Source: Octopus sinensis (Eukaryota). From it: a DNA stretch of 41,627 bases. How positions within the stretch are numbered: the first letter of the stretch is position 1; the number at the start of each line of letters is the position of its first letter. Below, piece after piece: positions 1 to 11,513 of this stretch. The stretch covers positions 1 through 41,627 of the forward strand of contig NW_021835290.1 in the NCBI RefSeq assembly GCF_006345805.1, given 5' to 3'. Made by a program: the position numbers and the translations under genes. The notes under the pieces were generated by a model that was not told the origin of the DNA, made no database searches, and saw only the letters and a list, made by a program, of their open reading frames with translations.

Positions 1-1875
1 CCTTGAAAAGGATGGCACACTCACAGTAAATCCAATGAGGGTAAGTGAAATACTAAATGAGCAATTCAAGAATATTTTCACTCCACCCCTAGGGCATTTT
101 CAAGTCAGCAATCAAACTGACTTCTTTACCACTGCAGATATAAAATCAGAGGCAGCGATAATTGATTACATCAATATAAAGGAAGACGATGTAATAAAGG
201 CTATAGATGAAATGAAAACAAACTCAGCTACTGGGCCCCGATGGATTCCCAGCAATCCTTCTAAAAGTACGTAAGAGAGTCCTAGCAAGACCACTGCAGT
301 TCCTCTTTTAAGAGCTTCCTTGCAACTGGCAAACTTCCAAGAAAACTGAAGGAAGGTAAAATATGCCCTATTCATAAAGGAGGTAGCAGAGCGGAGGCCA
401 AGAACTACAGACCTATCTCTCTGACCTCACACATCAGCAAAGTCATAGAACAAATAGTCAGAAGGAAACTAATCACCTTCCTTGAAGAAAATGATTTGCT
501 GCCTGACACCCAACATGGTTTCTAACCAGGAAGAAGCTGCCTAACTCATCTCCTACAACACTATGACTGGGTGCTGAAATGACTGCTCAACCACTCAAAT
601 GTGGAAGTCATATATCTCGACTTTGCAAAGGCCTTTGATAAAGTCGATCATGGAATGATATGTCACAAACTGCGTGTTGGAAAATTGGGAGAATGGCTTC
701 ATGACTTTCTGAAGGATAGAAGTCAGGTGGTAGTAGCCAATGGGGCCACTTCCATTAACACGCAAATAGTGAGCGGTGTTCCGCAGGGCACTGTTTTGGG
801 ACCAGTACTGTTCATAATGGCCCTCTCACAGATGCCCTCACCCACGCAGAGAGCCATGATCACAAGTTATGCAGATGATACAAAAGTTTCACAGGCAATA
901 CAGAACCCTGAAGACACTATGCACCTGTAATGTGAGCTGGACAAAATATACAAGTGGACTGAAAAGTATAGCATGCAGTTCAATGCTGAAAAGTTTCAAG
1001 CTCTATACTATCAGCATGCAAAACTAAACGTAATACCCAATAAATACACTGGACCTGGAGTGATTGCAATCCGAGAGGCACAATCAGTGCGAGACCTGGG
1101 TATTTACATGAGTGATGATGCAACCTTTCGTGTGCATGTTGCTAAATTGGCAATGAAATGTAGGCAGCTGACCAGATGGATTCTTAGAACCTTTAGAACA
1201 AGAGACCAGGAAACCATGATGGTCCTCTGGAGGACACTTGTCCTAAGCCACTTTGACTATTGCTCTCAGCTATGGTCACCATCCAGTGTCAAGTTAATCA
1301 CAGAACTTGAGGCGATCCAACAAAGCTACACGAAGAAGATAGCCTCTGTGCAGCATATAAGCTACTGGGAAAGACTCAAGAGATTAAGACTCTATTCCTT
1401 AGAGTGTAGGCGAGAAAGATATGCAATAATATACATCTGGAAGATCCTGGAAGGACTTGTCCCAAACTTTGGCATCGAGAGTCACACAAATGCCAGAACT
1501 GGGCGCCACTGCATAGTGCCAAGGACTCCAAATTTGCCATCAAGATGTAGGACAAGATACTGTGATAGCCTGGGCTTCAGAGGCCCACAGCTCTTCAATA
1601 TCCTCCCGAAGAACCTGAGAGACCTGCATGGGGTGGATGCAGATGTCTTTAAAATAAAACTGGATCTCTTCCTGTCAGGTGTCCCGGATGAACCAACTTC
1701 ACAGCAGGAGGTGCAGATAAGGGCAGCTGCATCGAACTCTCTCATGCACCAAATGGCAATTGCTAAAAAGCATTCGTGAAGTAAAATCATGTAGCAACAC
1801 CAAATAGCGGTGCCCCAGCATGGCCACAGCTCGTGAGCTGAAACTAGATAAAATAATAAATAATAAATAATAATA
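1..1875 (+). mobile_element. CR1/L2-group non-LTR retrotransposon (LINE), 3' part of ORF2 reverse transcriptase plus 3' UTR, degenerate
   Basis: Translations contain YRPISLTS, QHGF*PGRSC, YLDFAKAFDKVDH, SGVPQGTVLGP, YADDTK, MQFNAEK, RDLGI, SYWERLKRLRLYSLE. There is a frameshift near 240-270 and in-frame stops near 523 and 928. The element ends in an AAAT/AAT-rich tail and runs off the window at its 5' side. Confidence 0.95.
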
Positions 1876-1926
1876 CATATATATATATACATACATACAT
1901 ATATATACATACATACATATATATTG

Positions 1927-1966
<40 letters not shown>

Positions 1967-2018
1967 GTATATATATATATATATATGCATGTATATATAT
2001 ACACATGCATATATATAC

Positions 2019-2061
<43 letters not shown>

Positions 2062-2072
2062 CATACATATAC

Positions 2073-2111
<39 letters not shown>

Positions 2112-2147
2112 TATAGATATACATATATGTGTATGTGTGTATGTATG
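1872..2147. repeat. (TA)n/(TACA)n microsatellite tract
   Basis: Direct reading. Similar tracts occur at ~5315-5570, 6410-6682, 9138-9186, 10804-10886 and 41312-41475. Confidence 0.95.
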
Positions 2148-2369
2148 TTAGTTTTATTTGTAAGTTTAAAATATGGTACAAGTACTTTACTTATCAAAAT
2201 ATCTCTCTAAAATCCAAATCTACCCACTACCATCAACAAAATACAGTAACTAAAAAGAAACACTACCTCTCCTTTCGTCGTCATCATCATCATCATCATA
2301 CTTGTCACCACCATCATCAAACCATAATCACTTCTAGGGAAGGAATTGAAAGCCAAAAGAAAACCACAG

Positions 2370-2408
<39 letters not shown>

Positions 2409-2873
2409 TATATAATACACACACACACAATGTGACTATATATTATACGAGTGTATACGCATAAACATTTGAGTATTTATATATCCATATGACTATAAAG
2501 ACATACATGTGTGTGAGAGTGTGTGTGTGTGGTGTGTGTGTATGTGTATATATAATATATATATATAATATAATTTAAATAAAACACAGACAAGAATTTT
2601 ATATTTGAAGCACTAAAAAAAATTGAAACAGACAAAATCCCTAAAAAGGGTTGTTTTTTCTGTTATATTTGCAGCTTTTTCCTAAAACTATGTCTGTTGT
2701 TGTAGTTCTTGGGATTTTTGCTATATTTTTGGATTATTCAATTGTTTTGTTGTTGTTGTCTTACTTTTCAGTAGTTTGTTTTGGAATCTTTCTGTCTTGC
2801 TAAATTAATAAACAATTGATTTGGAAAAATATTTCTCCCTAATGAAAACATGTTCATTTTCCTAAATGAGGAT

Positions 2874-2912
2874 GATTATTATTATTATTATCAATAATAA
2901 AAGAATTAATTA

Positions 2913-2982
<70 letters not shown>

Positions 2983-3659
2983 GCCAGTGAGCTGGCAGAA
3001 TCGTTAGCATGCTAGGTGAAATGCTTAGTATTTCAACCATCGCTACATTCTGTGTTCAAATTCTGCCAAGGTCGACTTTGCCTTTCATCCTCTTGGGGTT
3101 GATGAATTAAGTACCAGCGAAACACTGGGGTCAATGTAATCAACTTGTCACCTTCCCCAAAATTTCAGGCCTTGTGTCTTTAGTAGAAAAGATTCTTATT
3201 ATTATTAATATTAAGGAAGTGAGCTGGCAGGATTGCTAGCATGCCGTGCAAAATGCTTTATAGCATTTCGTCTGTCTTTATGTTCTGAGTTCAAATTCTG
3301 CCAAAGTCAACTTTGCCTTTCATCCTTCCAGGGCTGATAAAATAATAACCAGTTGAACACTGGGGTCGATGTAATCAACTCGTCCACCTCCCCAAAAACT
3401 GCTGCCCTTGTGGAAAAATTTGAAACTATTATTATTATTATTATTAAGGCAGTAAGCTGGCAGAATTGTTAGCATGCTAGACAAAATGCTTAGCAGTATT
3501 TTGCCCATCACTATGTTCAAAGTTCAAATTCCACCAAGGTCGATTTTACCTTTCATCCTTTTGGGGTTGATAAATTAAGTACCAGCAAAACACTGGGGGT
3601 CGATGTAACTGACTCATCCCCTCCCCCAAAATTGCTGCCCTTGTGGCAAAATTTGAAAC

Positions 3660-3752
<93 letters not shown>

Positions 3753-3753
3753 C
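2874..3753 (+). mobile_element. Three head-to-tail copies of a tRNA-derived SINE (family A) embedded in (ATT)n
   Basis: Copies at ~2981-3192, 3213-3427 and 3446-3660 share gagctggcagaa, a B-box-like gttcaaatt, gtcgactttgcctttcatcc and actggggtcgatgtaatc. They are separated and flanked by ATT repeats. Confidence 0.9.
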
Positions 3754-3852
3754 ATGTTTAACCCCTGATCAACCTTGAGTAACACTATGATTCAAAGCCT
3801 TCCAGCCATGACCACCTCATCTTTCAGTCAGCATCATGTATCTAAATGAAGA

Positions 3853-4140
3853 CACATGGCCTAAAGGTTAGAGTGTTGTGCTCTCAATTGTTAGATCATG
3901 GGGTTTTGTTATATTATGCGTTCAACTCCCAGTTGAGGCAGTGCACTGTATCCTTGAGCAAGGCATTTCATTTCACATTGCTCCAGTCTACCTAGCTGAA
4001 AATGTGTACCAGCCACAGTTTGGGGTAGGATTTAATCCTGCAGCAAACTGGCATCCAATCCAAAAGGGATTTTTGTATCCTCAGTCACTTGAACACCTTG
4101 GAGACCCATATTTGCTCCAGACTCACGAGGCTGAAGGCTA
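3853..4140 (+). mobile_element. Degenerate tRNA-derived SINE with a Meta/CORE-like central region
   Basis: A-box-like tggcctaaaggttagag, B-box-like gttcaactcc, then tccttgagcaaggca and aactggcatccaatcca. Confidence 0.55.
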
Positions 4141-4167
4141 TTATACAGGTAAATCATATTTGTAACA

Positions 4168-4315
4168 CAGGCATGGGCAACATTTTTTTTCAAGAAGTGG
4201 ACCATATGAGACATGGCTCTTCTGGCAGGCTACACTACTAAGAAAAGTTTCTCAGTAATTTTTTTATCAGCATGCCATTCCAAAAGTCCCATGGGCCACA
4301 GTTTGCTCATGTCTG
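4168..4315. mobile_element. hAT-type MITE
   Basis: Imperfect TIRs caggcatgggcaac / tttgctcatgtctg. The 8-bp flanks ttgtaaca and atctaaca match at 6 of 8 positions. Confidence 0.55.
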
Positions 4316-5467
4316 ATCTAACATTACGTTATTGAGTGTTGTCTTTAATCTCATGATGTCTTTTGCTTCTTTTTGAAGATGGTATGATGTGATTTAACTC
4401 TTTCATGATGAAAAATACACAACTTATGTGCTTCATTTAAATTTGAAAACAAATCAAGAACTTGGAGGGATTTACTAAAATTAACCACCAATATATTTTG
4501 TTCTCTTTTTCAACATTAAATTGATGTTTGGAGTATAAGATAAAAGGTTCTGCATTAAAATTATGATTGCAAATAATTTAAATGTTTATTTGGCTGATTT
4601 AACATGAATTGTACCATAGTGACAAGAGGTGGTCTTCAGTGGGTTGGTTTCAGAAGATTTAAGGAAAATTTAGTTGTTATTTCTAACAGAGTAGTTTACT
4701 ATGTAGAGATTCCCTCATTGACTCAGCAGAATTGGTAGAGCTTCAGACAAAATACTAAAATACAACATAAGCTTGGGTTTTTTGAATTCCAGGGCAGGGT
4801 GAGGGATTAATATAAAATGTAAGGAAGTACCAGTAATATACTGATTTAAATTAAATCACCTATACTTTCTCCCACACCTGCTATGGAAAAAGATTTACTA
4901 GCCTTGTATCTGGATCTGAAACCATTATTGTTCTTATTCACAGATTAGTTCTAGAATTCACCGTAACACTCCATTATGACTGAATGAGTAAGACCACACA
5001 CCCACACACTCACACTGCCTCCAACTAGCAATAAAGCTACGAAAATAAAATCTATGAGGAAAACAAAACCAATATATAGATCCAGCCATCCTGCAGATGA
5101 TGTCATAACAAACCCCTATTGGATATCATCTAAGACAGCAACCCCACAACCATTTTTGCAACGACCAGTTTCACGCAGGACAATTTTTCAAAAGGCCAAG
5201 GGATCATGCATATAACAAAACACTAATTGATAATATATAATTTCAGTATTACATATATACATACGTGTGTGTGTATTAAAGGTAATGTTATGCAACACCT
5301 AAATTATCATTATTGTTGATATATATATATATACACATATACATATACACACGTATACATATATATACACATATACATACTGATACACATATATATATAT
5401 ACACATATATATATATATTACACATATACATATATATATATATATATAATATATATATATATATTTA

Positions 5468-5507
<40 letters not shown>

Positions 5508-5738
5508 CACATATATATATATATATATATACACACATATTTATATATATATACACACATATATACATAAATTAATTAATTAATCAGTCAATTAATTAAT
5601 AATTTTACCAAGTAGATTGGTACATTAAATAAACTTTATAGGTAAAATTACGCAAATATTCTATAATTATAAACATAATTATAATTAGGGGTCAGTTAAT
5701 TGCTTCACCACATACTGAATTTAGAAATAGGAGTTTAA

Positions 5739-5946
5739 AATTCCTTTTCTACTACCATAAGAATCTCCCAGACAAATTTTATATTGGAAATGCTACACTG
5801 ATGAGGTGAAGTAAGTAATTAACCACTGTAATCTCGAAATGCGTCTGTGGCTAATCGGAGTCGTGTTGATTCATTTTTTTTCTCTTTGCCTATGTAAAAA
5901 AGTGTGTTACTGTCTGGGAGATTCTTACGGTAGTAGAAAAGGAATT
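5739..5946. repeat. Inverted repeat with 36-bp arms enclosing the hammerhead motif
   Basis: 5739-5774 versus 5911-5946, one mismatch. Confidence 0.9.
5792..5851 (+). ncRNA. Type-I hammerhead ribozyme motif (PLE-type)
   Basis: gctaca-CTGATGA-(stem II)-GAAA-tgcg-TC-tgtggc. Stem I is gctaca/tgtggc with one G-U pair, and loop 3 resembles the palindromic GAAACGCGTC. Predicted cut is after 5845. The stem II register is imperfect. Confidence 0.65.
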
Positions 5947-5949
5947 GTC

Positions 5950-6110
5950 CAGAAATCTTTCGTCACACATTTGTGACCTCCTCAGCAACACTTTCCGTTT
6001 TCATATGTGATCTTGCTCTGCTTATTCCATTCTCTCATGGAATAAGAGCACAAACAAACATGGAAAGTGTCGCTGAGGAGGTCACAGATGTGTGATGTAA
6101 GATTTCCAGG
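5950..6110. repeat. Inverted repeat with ~45-bp arms
   Basis: tcacacatttgtgacctcctcagcaacactttcc versus ggaaagtgtcgctgaggaggtcacagatgtgtga. Confidence 0.85.
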
Positions 6111-6236
6111 TGATGTACATCAGTTAGAATAAGGACTGTAATAAATGAGTGAAGAACGTATATATAGTAAATGTGCTTATTTGGCGAAAAAAAATGACCA
6201 ACCCAAAATACAGCAACATATATATATATATATATA

Positions 6237-6410
6237 TCATCATCGTTTATTGTCTGCTTTCTATGCTGGCATGGGTTGAACGGTTTGACTGAAAACTGGT
6301 AAGCCGGGAGCTGCACCAGGTTCCAATCTGATTTGGCAAAGTTTCTACAACCAGATGCCTTTCCTTATGCCAACCACTCCAAGAGTTTAGTGGGTGCTTT
6401 TAACGTGCCA
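6237..6410 (-). mobile_element. SINE-like repeat (family E) 3' part, ending in (GAT)n on the minus strand
   Basis: Shares catcatc-tttccatgctggcatgggttg-gatgcc(c)ttcct-gccaaccactc with copies at ~17.5-17.7, 19.9-20.1, 24.5-24.7 and 29.1-29.3 kb. Confidence 0.8.
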
Positions 6411-6640
6411 TGTATATATATATATATATATACATATATACATGTATGTGTATATATGTATGTGTGTGTATATATATATGTGTGTGTGTATGTATGTGTG
6501 TGTAAATATATATGTAAGTATGTATATATATATGTATGTGTGTGTGTATATATATATATATGTGTGTATATAAACATATATATATGTATATGTATATATA
6601 TATATGTATGTATGTATATGTACATATATATATATATGTA

Positions 6641-6672
<32 letters not shown>

Positions 6673-6685
6673 CATACATATAAGC

Positions 6686-7330
6686 AGGTGAAGGCACATG
6701 GCTTAGTGGTTAGGGTGTTGCACTCATGATTGTGAGACGGTGGTTTCAGTTCCCAGACCGGGCAATGCATTGTTTGCTTGAGCAAAGCACTTCATCCTCA
6801 CGTTGCTGTGCAATCATTTTGTCATCTGATATGTGGTACATTGTGCACCTGTGCAGGTAATGTTGATTTGATGGTGGAGGTGAGCTCATGTGAACACAAA
6901 CATTTGACCACTATAAACAAATCATTTGTGTGGCTGGTCAGCAAGAAATTTCAGAACTCTCATACACATACATACACATACATACACATGCATATATATA
7001 TATATTACATAAATAATGCACACACATAGCTCAGTGGTTAGAGCATCAGGCTCACAATCTTGAGGTAGTGAATTCAATTCCTGAACTGGGCTGTGCGTTG
7101 TGTTCTTGAGCTCAAGTTCACTTAGCTGTAGAAATTAGTTGTGACATCATTGTTACCAAGCTGTTTCAGCCTTTTCTTTTCCCTTGGATAACATCGATGA
7201 TGTGGAGAGGAGGGAGGTTGGTATGCATGGGCAACTGCTGGTCTTCCATAAAACAAACCCAGACTTGTGCTTGAGAGGGGAACTTTCTAGGTGCAATTCA
7301 TGGCCATGTGTAACCAAAACTGGGTTTTTA
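6686..7330 (+). mobile_element. Two tRNA-headed SINE copies (~6686-6960 and ~7025-7330)
   Basis: Heads atggcttagtggttaggg...ttcagttcc and atagctcagtggttagagc...ttcaattcc, each followed by a ttg..cttgagc core. Confidence 0.7.
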
Positions 7331-7354
7331 CCCTGTTACAATATGTACACATAT

Positions 7355-7550
7355 CATGGCACAAGGCCAGCAGTCTCAGACGAGGAGCCAGTTGATTACA
7401 TCAACCCCAGTGCTTACCTGGTGTTTATTTCATCAGCCCTGAAAAAATGAAATGCAAAATCAACCTCTGCAGAATTTGAACTCAGATCACAGACTAAATG
7501 CCACAAAGCATTCTGCCCAGCATGCTAATCATTCTGCCAGCTCACCACCT
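7355..7550 (-). mobile_element. SINE family A copy
   Basis: Reverse complement of the 2981-3660 unit. Other minus-strand copies lie at ~20685-20895 and ~23480-23685. Confidence 0.75.
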
Positions 7551-8883
7551 GATATATATAAAATGCAGATGCAAAATTGCATAAATACTCTGCAGACTGT
7601 GGCAGTCGATAAAATGGAAATACAATTCAAAACTTCAATTCTTCCTACACAGAAGACTCTTGCTATATGACTCAGGCTATAAGACTCTTACTATAAGAAT
7701 CATGTCATGCTATACATGGACAAAGGATTCATGAACAAAGTCAAAGGCCATTGACTAATCAGGTTCTTTAAAACAGAGCTACCAACATATTTTTGTTTTT
7801 TTGCTATCTGGATGGATTGGCATGGGTGGAGTTGTCTGAAATTATAAAATTTGGGAATTGAAAATGTGACTTTCAGTATTTTAAAGATAGAGGGGTGTAA
7901 GCATGGTGATATGGTTCAGACATTTGCTACACAACCCCAAAATATTCCAGTTTAATTCCAATATGTGCTACTTTGGAACCTCTTCTGCTACAACCTCAAA
8001 CTGACAGATGTCTTATGATGGGAATTTAGTGGATGGAGCCTGAATGGAAGCCCATAGCATTGGGGGGGGGTATAGGAAGAGGCAGGAATGGCTGAGTGGT
8101 TAAAATGATTGTCCCCCCCCCCCAACCACATGGTTTTAAGTTCAGTTCCACTGCATGGCACCTTGAGAAATTGTCATCCAAGATAGCCATAGGTCAAACA
8201 AAGTCCATTGGGGAGATTGAGATATCAAAACTGAAAGAAAAAGCCCTTTGTGCACATAGAATGAGACCTGCAGGATCTAGTCATGAAAGTATAACGGTCT
8301 GCTCCTGACCCAGTTATTGTTTTGAGAGTTTACTAAAGCAGATTTTCTATGGCTGAATACATTTCCTGTCATCAACCCACACCTTTTCCAAATAAGGTAA
8401 ATATTGCTCCATGATCAGACATGTTTTTCGCAGAAGATTGGAAATGAATGACACTGCTTGTATAACAGTGGCACTCATTTACAACTATCATGCAATATCA
8501 AGACAAGGAGACACAAACACACCTACACACAAATACACACACGGTGGGGCTTCTGCTACTTTCCATCTATCAAAGCCACTCACAATGATTTAGTTGGCCC
8601 AGATCTATAGAAGACGACAGTTACCCAAGGTGCCACACTGAGATTGAACCAGATATCATATGGTTATGAAGTAAACTCCCCAACTATACAATTAAAGCCA
8701 TATGTTCATACACAAATGGTGGGTAACTAGGCATACATGGGCTTTACAAGGCACGTCTTAATGTGTATAAACAAGGAAAATATATCTATATGTATGTGTG
8801 AATAATGTTCCTACACACACACACACACACATAGATATACATATATGTATAAATGTATGTATGCATGTATATATGTATATATA

Positions 8884-9011
8884 ACAATTAATAAGAAGAA
8901 TGACCACTAAAGTGGATTCCTAATATGCTAAAGATAGTTGTCAAATCGCCTTACCACAAAGAGTGTGTTCTCAAGAAATCCACTTTAATGGTCATTCTTC
9001 TTATTAATTGT
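8884..9011. repeat. Inverted repeat with ~35-bp arms in a TA tract
   Basis: acaattaataagaagaatgaccactaaagtggatt versus aatccactttaatggtcattcttcttattaattgt. Confidence 0.9.
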
Positions 9012-9136
9012 AATATAATTCTTAAATCTTTGGATTTTTTAAAATTTGCTAGACCATTGGTTTAAATTGATGTTAATTGATTGATATCAATTTCTACCCT
9101 CATTATTTAATTTCTCTCTCTCTCTCTCCCTCTCTC

Positions 9137-9189
<53 letters not shown>

Positions 9190-9217
9190 CTAAGAAATTA
9201 ATTATATAGCTGCTCAT

Positions 9218-9279
9218 AGAGTGACCAATGGTTTCACATCCCTAAAGCGCTTAGTCTTATAGACGGCTTGTCAGACTCC
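9218..9279 (-). ncRNA. Type-I hammerhead motif with a mutated core, same family as 25814-25875
   Basis: Minus strand reads ggagt-CTGACAA-(stem II)-GAAA-ccattgg-TC-actct. The 18-mer gaaaccattggtcactct is identical to the 25.8 kb copy. The core has G8 changed to A. Confidence 0.7.
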
Positions 9280-9349
9280 AATGGCCACAGACATATAACC
9301 TCTTTTCAAAACGGTCTGTTAATTTTGTAAACAAAAATACATATTGTCT

Positions 9350-9410
<61 letters not shown>

Positions 9411-9631
9411 ATAAATACAATCCAGGGATCCAAGTGTAAAATATTCAAGCAGTAGGTGGCCAGTATAGCAAACAAATATTGAACAGTATAAGATACAATA
9501 ACAATTTATTAGCATCAAGAGTTATACACTTTTCCCCATATCAAAGTTGCAAATATATTCAATAAGCTGATCATTTCTATACAGCTCACTGTTAGCAACC
9601 AATGTTGCTAAAATTCTAAATTGAGTGAGTG

Positions 9632-9985
9632 AAACAGGTAAAGTGTAATCTACATATGTTTCTTAACTAGCTTTCACTGATTATGCAAGTATTACGTAAT
9701 GAATTCTTCTCAGCATAGCTAATCATCAAGCAGCAATTACTTTAAAATTTTCATTGGTTCTCCAAACTTACTTTATTTTTTATTTTTTTTTTACTGTTGA
9801 CTTTTCTTTTCAATTAGATTCATTATTGTGTTGTGGCCGATTTAAGAATTCCGTACGGCATATAAACTTCATTAAGGTAATCACAATCTGATGACTAGCT
9901 ATGCTGAGAAGTGTTCATTGCAAATCATTTGTGCAATGAATGATAGCTAGTTAAGAAACATATGTATCCAACGTTTCACCTGTTC
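9632..9985. repeat. Diverged inverted repeat with ~90-bp arms
   Basis: tacatatgtttcttaactagct...ttctcagcatagctaatcatc versus gatgactagctatgctgagaa...agctagttaagaaacatatgta. Confidence 0.8.
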
Positions 9986-10802
9986 TACTCCCTGCACAGG
10001 TGTATATATATATATATATAATCTTCCTACATATAGGAGGATGAATGACCAAAATTGAATGGTGGGTAAAATAATAGTATTTAGTTCTGAAACTCTACAT
10101 TCTAAGATCAAATTCTGCTAGATTCAGTAAAACTGTTCAGGGTTAATAAAGTATAGGCCAGATACCTTGTATATACATCCCAACATATTTTGGCCTTGTG
10201 TCTGTCAATGTAATAAAGACACATATAGTTGTGGCTATGTGTGTGTAGACATAGATAAATATGCTTATAAACACCACACACTGGTGTGTGGAAGTGTATA
10301 GGGTGTATTTTGTCAAATCTATTTTCCAATTCGTTTGACATGGCAGGAGTTGACTTTATGACTCACAGCAAGACTACCTCTGACAATAAACTCCCCCACA
10401 TCAGTTTGTGTATGTATGTGTATATATACATATATATTTGTATGTGTCAGTGTGTGTATAAGCACATATGCAACTAAACTTACACAGACTGAGGAATACA
10501 TGTATCTCCACGCACTTATATAAGCAGATGAATGGAAGGATGAAAATGTACATATACATGATGAAAATATGTGTATAAATACATGGGTTAATTGATTGAC
10601 TGTTGTATATATATACATAAATGATTTTTTTTATAGTACCCAAGAAATAGAAACAGTTACTTAAGTTTCATGTACATGCCTATCAATTGTAATAACCTAC
10701 ATGAAACTGAAATATCTGTTGCTTCTATATCCTGAGTGCTGTATAAAGACCACTTCTAACTCTTACGAATCAAGTTCTTTTTACTTGTTGAAAATTGCAT
10801 AC

Positions 10803-10890
<88 letters not shown>

Positions 10891-11313
10891 TAGATATGTG
10901 AATATCCATGTTGTCTTTGTCAATATTTCTGACTTTCAGCAGTTGTAGTTCCCTCCCTTTAAAATGGTTTTCTTACATTCATTCCTTCCTTGTAGAAGAT
11001 AGACCAAGTTAGTAGGTCGTAGATTGTTTGAATAGGTAGATAGATAAATAGTGAGGGAGGGAGGTATGTAGACAGTTGACCATATTATATATCGCAGACT
11101 GGTGCAACTCTGAAAGCAACAAACAACAGACTTTATTGGTTTAAAGTTTTTACCATTCCCAACATTGATGGTGTTAATATACTGGGTTATTAAAAAAGAA
11201 AAACAGATTTTTAATTTATTTTTAAAACAAACAGTAAAAGATACAAACATATTCTACATAATTCTTGATAGAAGAAGGATTAAAGTTTTTATTTTAAGAT
11301 AGTATGTACTCAC

Positions 11314-11513
11314 CATGAGCACCATGAGCACCGGTGCTTTTTCCTTTTCAAATGCAACCTTTTCCTGTGAAATTGTTATGCCATTCATAAATTTGCTTGT
11401 GACAAGGTGGATTTTTATTGAATTGGCAGCAAAATTCACATTGCACTTGCACAATCAATTCACATTTCTCAAACTGCAGCACACAAAGATTTTTCTTGTG
11501 GTGTCGCCATTTC
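11314..11513 (-). pseudogene. Tc1/mariner-superfamily transposase N-terminal HTH (DUF4817-like) fragment
   Basis: From the ATG at 11510: MATPQEKS/CVLQFEKCELIVQVQCEFCCQFNKNPPCHKQIYEWHNNFTGKGCI*KGKSTG, with one frameshift and one stop. Confidence 0.75.

Noticed and set aside
1482-2464. Long YI/HT/CV-rich ORFs, here and at 5.3, 6.3, 22.7 and 41.3 kb
   Set aside because: Translations of TA/CA microsatellites.
4960-5215. Possible PLE reverse transcriptase fragment
   Set aside because: Only a vague ENKIYEE-like resemblance, with no catalytic motif.
7025-7100. tRNA gene candidates, also near 6695, 16320 and 26430
   Set aside because: A and B boxes are present but there is no acceptor stem, and each continues into a SINE body.
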